Source: Bellilinea caldifistulae
GTDB taxonomy: Bacteria > Chloroflexota > Anaerolineae > Anaerolineales > Anaerolineaceae
DNA length: 32,000 bases
Assembly (NCBI RefSeq): GCF_001306055.1
Contig: NZ_LGHJ01000015.1
Span: 109,518 to 141,517, forward strand
Reading direction: 5' to 3'
A program made the translations under genes and the position numbers. Below, piece after piece: positions 21,925 through 29,985 of the stretch (its first letter is position 1; each line of letters opens with the position of its first letter). The notes below the pieces were generated by a model, which searched no databases, had not been told where the DNA came from, and worked only from the letters and a program-made list of their open reading frames with translations.

Positions 21925-23853
21925 ATGAGATTCTTTTTGCGTTTCTGGGAGAACCTTAACCAACGCTACAGGTTTGTCTGGGAATGGATCGTCATTATTG
22001 GGTGGGCGGTGTGGATCGGAAGGAATTACCTTGATCCAAATCCGCGGGTGTGGCCGTGGGGAGCAGAGTTCCCGATGGTGGTTTTGCCACATTATATCTG
22101 GTCTCTACTGACCCGATGCGGAGATTGTATTTTATGGAACGGCTTTATCAACGGCGGCTATCCTGCCTTTGCCGAATTACACGGTGCACCTTTGCATCCC
22201 TTCACCATTCTTACAACATTACTTCAAGGGCCGATTAATGGCGTCAAGACCAATTTGATTCTCCACTTGGCGCTGGCCGGTTTTGCGCAATGGTGGCTTG
22301 CTCGCAGTCTGAATTTAAGCCTGGTGCCGCGGTTGTGGAGCGCGATGATGGCGGTTGCCGGTGGACATCTGGCGGGACGGATGGAATTGGGGTTGTTCCC
22401 GCTGGTTATGTCCACCGCGAGCGCTTCTTTAGTCCTTGCGGCCGGCTTGGATCTGGTATTGAAAAAGACAAATCGGGCCGTGGTTGGGTTTGGGTTGACT
22501 TTGACATTTCTTCTCCTTTCCGGGCAAGGCTACTTACAAATTGGCATGCTGGTAACCCTCCTCCCAGCCTTTCTGGTCTTTTTACTGGATGACCGTTTTC
22601 GCTTGAATGCGTTAGCGGGGAAGTTTCTGCTGGGCGGTGTTCTGGCAATTTTATTGAGTGCAGTATTTTTGGTGCCTCTCCTGCATTTTCTGCCGAACTT
22701 TGCAAAAGATACCGATGCCTATTTCACCACGACGCAACCTCTGGAATACTTGCCTTTGAATCTGGTGGTGCGGGAGGATGCTTTTTACCGATCCAATGTG
22801 CTGGGTAAGCAGCCTTATCCCTATTTGTATTCGAATTATATTGGTTGGGTGGCGGTCGGCCTTGCTTTGGGACGGCTGTTCAGACCCCCTTCGGGCGAGA
22901 AAAGAAAGTTGTATTTTTTCTTTTTACTTGCGTTGATTCTGGTGTTTCTGGCGGCGAGTGCGATCAGCCTCAAAGTAATATTTTCTCTTGCGCCGGAATT
23001 CTTAAGCGGTATTCGCAACCCGCCGTTAATTGCCGGTTTGGCCGTGCCATTGATCCTGGCGCTGGCGGCCTGGGCGTTGAATGACCTGTTATCTCACTCC
23101 ATGCCAAAGTTAACCCTCTCGTGGTCGCCAGATTTTTCTTTCCACGTTAATCTTTTTTGGGTGGTGATTGCCATTCCTCTGCTTTGGTCACTTAAATCCG
23201 CCCACGATTTCAGCCGACTCTGGCTGGTAACCACCCCGGCCGGGAAGGACTTGCCCGAAGTCCTGCAAAACCTGAGCCCATCATCGGCTCAATGGATACG
23301 AATGCCGCTGGGAGAGCATTTCTGGCAGCCGGATGCGGCTGAGTTGGGATTGAAGTTAACCGGCGTTTTCCGCCCATGGCACTGGAAAAATCGCTGGATG
23401 CCGGAGCCTCATCTCGAAGGAGCGCGCTCTGAGGAGGCAGTCAATTTACCAGTATATGTGAGGAGTGTTGAAGGAATTCATATTCTGGCGTTTCCTCAGA
23501 ACGAATATGCTTTTGTGCAAAGCGGAAATCTCCAGCAGGCATGTCAAGCCAAGGCGCTTGGCGGTCATATTTCGGTAACCTGCCGAAATGATCAGCCGGG
23601 CACATTGATGGTGTTGGAGAATTATTTTTCTGGCTGGAGCGCCCAATGTAATGGAGAACGATTAACACTCGATCGGCAATCCCCGTGGTTGAGCATCTGG
23701 CTGCCAGCCGGGAATCACGAGTGTCAGTTCAACTACCGCCCGTGGGACGTGTATGTGGGGATGCTGCTGAATCTGGGCGGAATTGGACTGGCGGTTTACC
23801 TGTGGCGCAAACCGGAACAACAGGCTGAGAAAGAGCAAGCAAACGCAACTTGA
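21925..23853 (+). CDS. YfhO-like polytopic membrane protein (putative glycosyl-transfer/glycopolymer function)
   Basis: About 12 or more TM helices, then a C-terminal extracytoplasmic module ending 'LENYFSGWSAQCNGERL...LPAGNHECQFNYRPWDVYVG' plus a final TM. This pattern recalls YfhO-family proteins. Confidence 0.6.
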   Translation: MRFFLRFWENLNQRYRFVWEWIVIIGWAVWIGRNYLDPNPRVWPWGAEFPMVVLPHYIWSLLTRCGDCILWNGFINGGYPAFAELHGAPLHPFTILTTLLQGPINGVKTNLILHLALAGFAQWWLARSLNLSLVPRLWSAMMAVAGGHLAGRMELGLFPLVMSTASASLVLAAGLDLVLKKTNRAVVGFGLTLTFLLLSGQGYLQIGMLVTLLPAFLVFLLDDRFRLNALAGKFLLGGVLAILLSAVFLVPLLHFLPNFAKDTDAYFTTTQPLEYLPLNLVVREDAFYRSNVLGKQPYPYLYSNYIGWVAVGLALGRLFRPPSGEKRKLYFFFLLALILVFLAASAISLKVIFSLAPEFLSGIRNPPLIAGLAVPLILALAAWALNDLLSHSMPKLTLSWSPDFSFHVNLFWVVIAIPLLWSLKSAHDFSRLWLVTTPAGKDLPEVLQNLSPSSAQWIRMPLGEHFWQPDAAELGLKLTGVFRPWHWKNRWMPEPHLEGARSEEAVNLPVYVRSVEGIHILAFPQNEYAFVQSGNLQQACQAKALGGHISVTCRNDQPGTLMVLENYFSGWSAQCNGERLTLDRQSPWLSIWLPAGNHECQFNYRPWDVYVGMLLNLGGIGLAVYLWRKPEQQAEKEQANAT

Positions 23854-23974
23854 TCCGTTAACCAGAATTGCCTTGCTTGCAGAGAAATCTGGTGGGTAGT
23901 GTGCCACTTTTCAAAATTGTTTAGTAAAAAAGTACATCTTTATGGCATAATCGAACCAGAAAGATTCTTGGAGA

Positions 23975-23999
23975 GGGGGCGCCGTGCCGCCCCCTTTTT
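23975..23999 (+). terminator. Classical intrinsic terminator (GC stem + T5)
   Basis: GGGGGCG ccgtgc CGCCCCC followed by TTTTT. Lies 121 nt after the YfhO-like stop and only 18 nt before the next start codon. Confidence 0.65.
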
Positions 24000-24017
24000 G
24001 AATGGATTGGAACGCTG

Positions 24018-25487
24018 GTGATGAAAATCAGACTGCTCTCGATTTTGTTGGTGCTTTGTTTCATCGGCGGGCTTTTCTCCCCACGGCCGGTTTACGGTGT
24101 TGAGGATGGAGGAGAAACTCTTTACTTGCCGATTGTATTTCGCAACTATGATCCTTATGCTCACTTTCGAACGGTGAATGCGCCCTACACAACCCGCTTT
24201 GTGGAAAGCGCCATCCTGTGGTTTGGGCGGGTGGGGCCGGCTGAAAACTACACCGATGTGCGCGTGCGCTACACCGATAGCGAGCTGGTGGTGGACTTCG
24301 GCGTGTTCGACCGGCGCATCTGGTATAACAGCAGCCCGTCGAGCGGCGCGCTGGAATACTGGGACGCCGCCACCCTGCTGCTCAACACGGCGGTCAATGC
24401 GCCGGAGCGTCCCGGCGGTCAGTCCTACCGTTTTGTGGCCCAGTTTAAGGGTCTGGGCAATGGTGAAACTTTGCCACTGCCCTACAAAGCCGTTTATCGC
24501 GGAACCGGCAGCGGCTGGCAGAGCCAGAATATCTCCTTCTCTGTAGAAACCGGCTGGCGGGGGGATGCCCTCAATGACGATGGAGATGACCGTGGCTGGC
24601 GGATTACCTTCCGCATCCCTTACGCCAGCTTGGGGCTGAGCCGCCCGGCAGAGGGCAGCCGGTGGCGCATGGCGCTCATCTCGCATGACCGTGACAGCCG
24701 CGCCGGCCCGCCCGGTACTTCGTTTATCTGGCCGGAAGCAGCCGAACGGGATGAGCCGGCAACCTGGGGGGTGCTGCGGTTCGGCTTACCGTCTTATGCG
24801 CCGCCTTCCGTGCGCAACCTGACCAGCCTGTTGATCCGTGAGGGGGAAAATGGCGCGGTGGTGCCGGATGCGGCTGTGGGCGGGACGATCAGCAACCAAT
24901 GTCCGGGTGATGATTACCACATCTGGAATGTGTGGGGCAACCGCAATTACGCAAACGAAAACAGCGCGCTAATCCAGAATCAGGCGGATATTGCCGACTG
25001 GCCGTGTTTTTCCAAATATTACCTGACCTTCCCGCTCGACCGGCTGCCGCCCGGCAAGGTGATTCGCTCGGCGCGGCTGGTACTGCATCACTGGGGCGGT
25101 TCGGGGAAAATTTGCAGCGACCCGGATCAAAATCCCGACCCGGATTGTGCGCGCAGTTCCTACATTCAGATTCTTACGGTTGTGAACTCGTGGCAGGAAG
25201 ACACCATCACATGGAACAACGCCCCGCCGGCTTTTGAAAATGTGGCGATGCTGCAGGTGCCTCCGTACAACATCGACCAACCGGGGCAAAGTTGGCCGGG
25301 CGCACGCCGCGAATGGGATGTTTCCTACGCGCTCGCCAAAGCCTACGATCAACGGGTGGGCTGGATCAGTTTTGCGGTGTACAGCGCCGACAGCGCCTAC
25401 CATAGCGGCAAGTATTTCAGCGCATCCGAAACGGAAGATTGGAACAAGATCGGTCGTCCAACGCTGATCATCGAATACGGCGATTGA
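24018..25487 (+). CDS. Secreted carbohydrate-binding-like protein with a C-terminal DNRLRE-like domain
   Basis: Signal peptide 'MMKIRLLSILLVLCFIGGLF'. C-terminal 'ARLVLHHWGG...VVNSWQEDTITWNNAPP' matches the W-x-E-x-x-[IV]-T-W-N-N-x-P signature of DNRLRE-type domains. The N-terminal half is vaguely CBM9-like (low confidence). GTG at 24018 or ATG at 24021. Confidence 0.7.
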   Translation: MMKIRLLSILLVLCFIGGLFSPRPVYGVEDGGETLYLPIVFRNYDPYAHFRTVNAPYTTRFVESAILWFGRVGPAENYTDVRVRYTDSELVVDFGVFDRRIWYNSSPSSGALEYWDAATLLLNTAVNAPERPGGQSYRFVAQFKGLGNGETLPLPYKAVYRGTGSGWQSQNISFSVETGWRGDALNDDGDDRGWRITFRIPYASLGLSRPAEGSRWRMALISHDRDSRAGPPGTSFIWPEAAERDEPATWGVLRFGLPSYAPPSVRNLTSLLIREGENGAVVPDAAVGGTISNQCPGDDYHIWNVWGNRNYANENSALIQNQADIADWPCFSKYYLTFPLDRLPPGKVIRSARLVLHHWGGSGKICSDPDQNPDPDCARSSYIQILTVVNSWQEDTITWNNAPPAFENVAMLQVPPYNIDQPGQSWPGARREWDVSYALAKAYDQRVGWISFAVYSADSAYHSGKYFSASETEDWNKIGRPTLIIEYGD

Positions 25488-25509
25488 GCGTAAATTTTCT
25501 CTAAAAATT

Positions 25510-25538
25510 TTGGAAGAGGGGTGTAAACTCGCTATAAT
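25510..25538 (+). promoter_or_regulatory. Promoter-like TTGGAA-17-TATAAT overlapping the track's start of the sensor gene
   Basis: TTGGAA at 25510-25515, TATAAT at 25533-25538. If functional, the CDS would start at the TTG at 25552. Confidence 0.35.
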
Positions 25539-25551
25539 AACTTTAACCGCC

Positions 25552-28500
25552 TTGGACAATCTTCAATTTCCCCCGGCGTTCTTCATCCTTCTGACGGCTG
25601 GTCTGCTGACGGGCTGGCTGGCCTGGTTTGTTGCCCGCCGCCTTTCGGCAGCCCTGGGGGCGCGTCCGTTGTTCTTTTTGTTGCTGGGCAGTACCTACTG
25701 GTCACTGATGTATGCTGCTCAGAATCTGATGACCGCTTCCCCGTGGAAGGAATGGCTGGATATTGCCGTTAACCCCGGCATCATGCTGGTGCCGGCTGCC
25801 TGGCTGGTGTTCAGTCTGGAGTACAGCGGGCGAGGACGGCTGGTCACCCCTTGGTTGATCGGCTTGCTGGCGATTGAGCCGCTGCTTGCCCATCTGCTCA
25901 TTTTTACCAATTCGCTTCATCATCTCTATTACGGCTCTCCTGCCCGCCCGTGGGTAGAAGCGGGCGGGTTCCTTTACCTTGGTTTTGACCCGGGACCTTA
26001 TTTCTGGTTTCATACTCTTTATTCCTACGCGTTGATTGCAGTCGGGTCGGTGTTGTTGTTGCTTTCGGCGTGGTGGATGCGCGGTCTGTACCGCAAACAG
26101 GCTTTCATCCTCTTGGGGGCGGTGCTTATACCGTGGCTTTCCAATATCCTGTTCGTTGTTTCGCCGGCCTTTGAGCTCTCTTTGCATCTCGACCTGACGC
26201 CGATTTTCTTCTCGATCAGCGGGGTGCTGCTGGTCATCGGGGTTTTTCGCTTCCGCCTGCTGGATTTAACCCCCCTGGCGCGTGACCTGCTCTTTGAGGT
26301 GCTGGAAGATGCGCTGATTGTGGTGGACTCGGAAAACCGGGTGGTGGATTTGAACCCGGCCGCCTGCCGTCTGTTTGGGGTGGAAGCCAGCGGGGTAATC
26401 GGTAAACCCGCCCGGCAACTGTTCCAGCCGGTGCTGGCGATTGCCCAGCGCTACGCCAACACCCTGGAAGTTCACGAAGTGGTTCACTTGCCCATTGAAG
26501 GCGAAGACCGCTATTTTGATTTGCGCATTTCACCGCTCAAAGCCCAGCGGCGGGGATATGCCGGCCGCATGGTGTTGCTGCGCGATATGACCACCATCTA
26601 CCGCGCACAGCAGGCTTTGCAAGACAGCGAGGCCCGTTACCGGCAGTTGATCGAATCCTCTCCGGAGGTGATTTTCGTGCTGGACGGGCAGGGCCGGATG
26701 TTGCTGGCCAACCCGATTGCGCTGGAAAAGTTCGCCCTGCCGGGCGGGGTGATTGAGGATCGGGTGGGCTTCTGTCACCTGTTTTTAGAAGAAGACCGCG
26801 ATGCGGTGTTACAGCAACTCCTGCTGGTGCTGGAAACCCGCCAGATTCAAACCCTGCAAGCCACGGCTCTGGCCTGGGACGGCCATCCCTTTGCGGCTGA
26901 AATCTACCTCTCCCCGCTGAAATCGGGCGGACAGGCAGCCGAAGAAGTGTTGTGTCTGGTGCGGGATGTTACCGAGCGCAAAAGAGCCGAAGAACGTCTT
27001 TTGCAGGCAGCCGAGATCGAGCGGCAAAACCGCGAACTGGCCGAAGCCCTGCGCGAGATTGGACTGGCGCTCAGCGCCAGTCTGGATGTGGATGAAGTGC
27101 TGGATAAAATCCTTGAAGGCATTGGGCTGGTGATTCCTTACGATTCGGGCAATATCACATTGCTGGAAGGCAAGCGCGCGGTGATCAGCCGCAGCCGCGG
27201 CTATGAACGGTTTGGTGCCCATGTGCTGCAAATGGTGCGGCAATTCGTGTTCGATGTGGATCAGACCGAAAACTTTCGCTGGATGATGGAAAACCGCAAG
27301 CCACTGATTATTCAGGACACCCATGCCTACCCCGGCTGGGTGCGGGTGGAAGCGACCGAGTACATCCATTCGTGGGTGGGTGCGCCGATCATCGTCCGGA
27401 ATGAGGTGCTGGGCTTTCTTTCACTGGATAAATGCGAGGAGAATTTTTACCGGCCGGAACATGCCCGCACCCTGGAATTGTTCGCGGCTCAGGCCGGACA
27501 GGCGCTTTACAATGCGCGTCTCTACCGGCAGAGCCGTCAAATGCTGGAACATGAGCAAAAGATCAACCAGATTCTGGAGAGAATTGCATCCTCATTGAAT
27601 ATTGAAACTACCGTTGAGCAAATTAATATTTTTGGCTGTCAATGGCTGGGGGCGGATGCTGGATTAATTGGTTTATACGAGGAAGAAAGAGATCGCCTGG
27701 TCACCCTGAGTGTGTATGATCCGAGCAATCGCCTGGTGCGGGTGAGCGAATCGCCGCGTGGCACGGGGATTTCGTGGCAGGCGATTGAAGAACGTAAGCC
27801 GATACTGGTAGAGGACTATTCCAAACATCCCTCGGCCCGACCCGAGGTTAAAAATACCGGTGTTTATGGTTTTCTGGCATTTCCCATTTTGACCGAGACG
27901 GAAATCCTCGGTGTGCTGAATTACTTCATGCTCTCGCCGGAAAAGAAGTTTGAGCCGGCGGTGATCGGGATGGCCGAAACGCTGGCGCGCTACAGTGCGA
28001 TTGCCATTCAGAAAGCTCGCCTGCTGGAAGAAGCCACCCGCCGGGCACGGGAAGCCGAAACGCTCCAACAGGCTTCTGCGGCAGTTTCTTCGGCGCTGCG
28101 CCTCGATCAGGTGCTCGATCAAGTCCTCGAAAATCTGGAGCGGGTTGTGCCGTATGACTCGTGCGCGCTTTTCCTCAAGGAAGGGAGTACTTTACGGGTG
28201 GTTGCGGCGCGCGGCTTCCCCCATAAAGAGAAGGTGATCGGCCAGCGCTTTCCGGCTCAGGATGAGCTGCTGCTGGAAAGCGTCAAGCGAGGCTCGCCGC
28301 TGATCCTCGCAGATGCTCAGCGAGATCCCCGCTACAAACACTGGGGAGATTCTGCCCATGTGCGTTCGTGGATGGGCGTTCCGCTGATTAAGCGCAATGA
28401 TGTGATCGGGTTTTTAACGATTGACCACAGCCAGCCGGGTATTTACACCCCAAACCACGCCAAACTGGCACGGGCGTTTGCCAATCAAGCAGCGGCGGCC

Positions 28501-29097
28501 ATTGACAATGCCCGTCTGTTTGAATCGGTTCAGCGCATGGCGGTCAGCGACCCGTTGACCGGTTTGTACAACCGCCGGCATTTCTTTGAACTGGCTTCCA
28601 AGGAGTTTTACCGCGCCCGGCGGTACGGCAAAGACCTTTCGCTGGTGATGATGGACCTGGATGATTTGAAATTGATCAACGATACGTATGGGCATCTGGT
28701 GGGCGACCAGTTGATCATGTTCGTTGCTGACCAGTGCCGCAATCAGTTGCGCAAGGCCGATCTGGCGGCTCGGTTTGGCGGAGATGAGTTCATCCTGCTG
28801 CTGCCAGAAACCGGGTTGGAGCAGGCCATGCAGGTTGCCTGGCGCTTGCGGGATGCCGTAGCGCGCGGTCTGACCGATGAGAAGGGCGGAATGGTGGTTT
28901 CGGGGGTCAGTTTGGGGGTCAGCACGCTGGATCCCAGTTGCAATACGCTTGAATTGATGGTCAACCGCGCCGATCAGGCGCTTTACACGGCCAAAGAAAG
29001 CGGTAAGAACCGGGTGTGCGCGTGGATTGACGGGCAGGTGCGCTCTTTTGCCACCAGGCCGCTTGCCCAGCCTAAGGATGATGTGAAGCCGGTTTAA
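25552..29097 (+). CDS. Sensor diguanylate cyclase: 7TM N-terminal sensor - 2x PAS - 3x GAF - GGDEF
   Basis: N-terminus 'LQFPPAFFILLTAGLLTGWLAWFVARR' plus about 7 TM helices (HisKA_7TM-like). Two PAS-like segments. A 'VRDVTERKRAEE' PAS-exit motif with coiled coil. Three GAF-like repeats. Active-site 'RFGGDEF' with an RxxD I-site ('RKAD') five residues upstream. The start is ambiguous: the track uses the TTG at 25510. Confidence 0.85.
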   Translation: MDNLQFPPAFFILLTAGLLTGWLAWFVARRLSAALGARPLFFLLLGSTYWSLMYAAQNLMTASPWKEWLDIAVNPGIMLVPAAWLVFSLEYSGRGRLVTPWLIGLLAIEPLLAHLLIFTNSLHHLYYGSPARPWVEAGGFLYLGFDPGPYFWFHTLYSYALIAVGSVLLLLSAWWMRGLYRKQAFILLGAVLIPWLSNILFVVSPAFELSLHLDLTPIFFSISGVLLVIGVFRFRLLDLTPLARDLLFEVLEDALIVVDSENRVVDLNPAACRLFGVEASGVIGKPARQLFQPVLAIAQRYANTLEVHEVVHLPIEGEDRYFDLRISPLKAQRRGYAGRMVLLRDMTTIYRAQQALQDSEARYRQLIESSPEVIFVLDGQGRMLLANPIALEKFALPGGVIEDRVGFCHLFLEEDRDAVLQQLLLVLETRQIQTLQATALAWDGHPFAAEIYLSPLKSGGQAAEEVLCLVRDVTERKRAEERLLQAAEIERQNRELAEALREIGLALSASLDVDEVLDKILEGIGLVIPYDSGNITLLEGKRAVISRSRGYERFGAHVLQMVRQFVFDVDQTENFRWMMENRKPLIIQDTHAYPGWVRVEATEYIHSWVGAPIIVRNEVLGFLSLDKCEENFYRPEHARTLELFAAQAGQALYNARLYRQSRQMLEHEQKINQILERIASSLNIETTVEQINIFGCQWLGADAGLIGLYEEERDRLVTLSVYDPSNRLVRVSESPRGTGISWQAIEERKPILVEDYSKHPSARPEVKNTGVYGFLAFPILTETEILGVLNYFMLSPEKKFEPAVIGMAETLARYSAIAIQKARLLEEATRRAREAETLQQASAAVSSALRLDQVLDQVLENLERVVPYDSCALFLKEGSTLRVVAARGFPHKEKVIGQRFPAQDELLLESVKRGSPLILADAQRDPRYKHWGDSAHVRSWMGVPLIKRNDVIGFLTIDHSQPGIYTPNHAKLARAFANQAAAAIDNARLFESVQRMAVSDPLTGLYNRRHFFELASKEFYRARRYGKDLSLVMMDLDDLKLINDTYGHLVGDQLIMFVADQCRNQLRKADLAARFGGDEFILLLPETGLEQAMQVAWRLRDAVARGLTDEKGGMVVSGVSLGVSTLDPSCNTLELMVNRADQALYTAKESGKNRVCAWIDGQVRSFATRPLAQPKDDVKPV

Positions 29098-29120
29098 GCG
29101 CCCCGCCCTGCCCCCACTAT

Positions 29121-29250
29121 GGTTTTGCGGGAGATTGCCACGCTCGATTGCGCTCGCTGGCCATGACATGCTCTTTTTAATGTCATTCCGAGCGAAGCGA
29201 CGCTTTACAGTGCCGGGGAGTCTCCCCCTCCCGCCTCCGCAACGGCTTAA
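29121..29250. repeat. REP-like imperfect palindromic element between convergent genes
   Basis: The left arm 'GCGGGAGATTGCCACGCTCGATTGCGCTCGCTGGCCATGAC' pairs imperfectly with the right arm 'GTCATTCCGAGCGAAGCGACG...GGGGAGTCTCCCC...CCTCCGCAACGGCTT'. Core stem ATGACAT/ATGTCAT at 29163-29169 and 29180-29186. Shares motifs with 31374-31497 and 9682-9704. Confidence 0.7.
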
Positions 29251-29258
29251 TAAAAGGC

Positions 29259-29963
29259 TCAGGGACAGGGGACGGCCTGGGGAGTGAAGGTCGGAATCGG
29301 CGGTAAAGTCGGCACGACTTCATCCGGCGCGGTTAACCAACGGCGAGCAGCGACGTCAAAATAAAACACCCTGCCTTGCTCGTCGGCGAGCGTCAGGCGG
29401 TAGCTATCGGCCGCCATGATGCGGAGAAGGCTGCTTGGAACGGGGGCCGGTTCTTTCTGAATGGGCGCGTTGACGGTGAACAGCACCAGCATCCCGCCGG
29501 CCGGCTCGGAAAAACGCCGCCCGGCCATCACCGTCACAAAATTGCCGTTGACGCTTCCGCTCCAGCCGTTGACTGCCATGAAATCGAGGTCTTCGTAATC
29601 GCCCTGGTCTTCCAGCTCAAAAATCCCTTCCGGCTGCTCGACCGTGGCCGGGGTTGACTCCGGCGGAGGACAGACTCCCAACGTGAGGGTCGGTGCAGCC
29701 AGCAAACCGGCTGACTGACGGGCTTCCTGAATCTGCTGCAGGCGGTTGAGTTTTTCTTCGAGCAGGGCTTGTTCGGCGGGGTTGACTGCGCTCTGGCTGC
29801 GTTCGCTGATCTGCTCCAGCAGGGTGGTGAGCCAGCCGCCGCCGCTATCTCCCTGCTGCGGGTTGAACTGCCCGCGTGCCGAAAGGATGCTGCCGCCCAC
29901 CAGCAACAGCGCTCCCAGCAGGGCAGCGAGCCAAAGGATGGGTCTTCTCGTGGGTGATCTCAT
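29259..29963 (-). CDS. Hypothetical membrane-anchored/secreted protein
   Basis: N-terminal anchor 'RRPILWLAALLGALLLVGGSILSA', a coiled-coil-like segment and a Pro-rich C-terminus. Normal composition, unlike the antisense ORF. Lies 22 nt downstream of the preceding gene. Confidence 0.65.
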   Translation of the reverse strand: MRSPTRRPILWLAALLGALLLVGGSILSARGQFNPQQGDSGGGWLTTLLEQISERSQSAVNPAEQALLEEKLNRLQQIQEARQSAGLLAAPTLTLGVCPPPESTPATVEQPEGIFELEDQGDYEDLDFMAVNGWSGSVNGNFVTVMAGRRFSEPAGGMLVLFTVNAPIQKEPAPVPSSLLRIMAADSYRLTLADEQGRVFYFDVAARRWLTAPDEVVPTLPPIPTFTPQAVPCP

Positions 29964-29985
29964 GCCATTCTCCTTCCTGCACCGG

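Noticed and set aside
23940-24686. 248-aa minus-strand ORF opposite the secreted sugar-binding-like gene
   Set aside because: Arg/Ala/Pro-rich with no motifs. It would run through the plus-strand terminator. The plus-strand ORF has a signal peptide and a DNRLRE-like motif.
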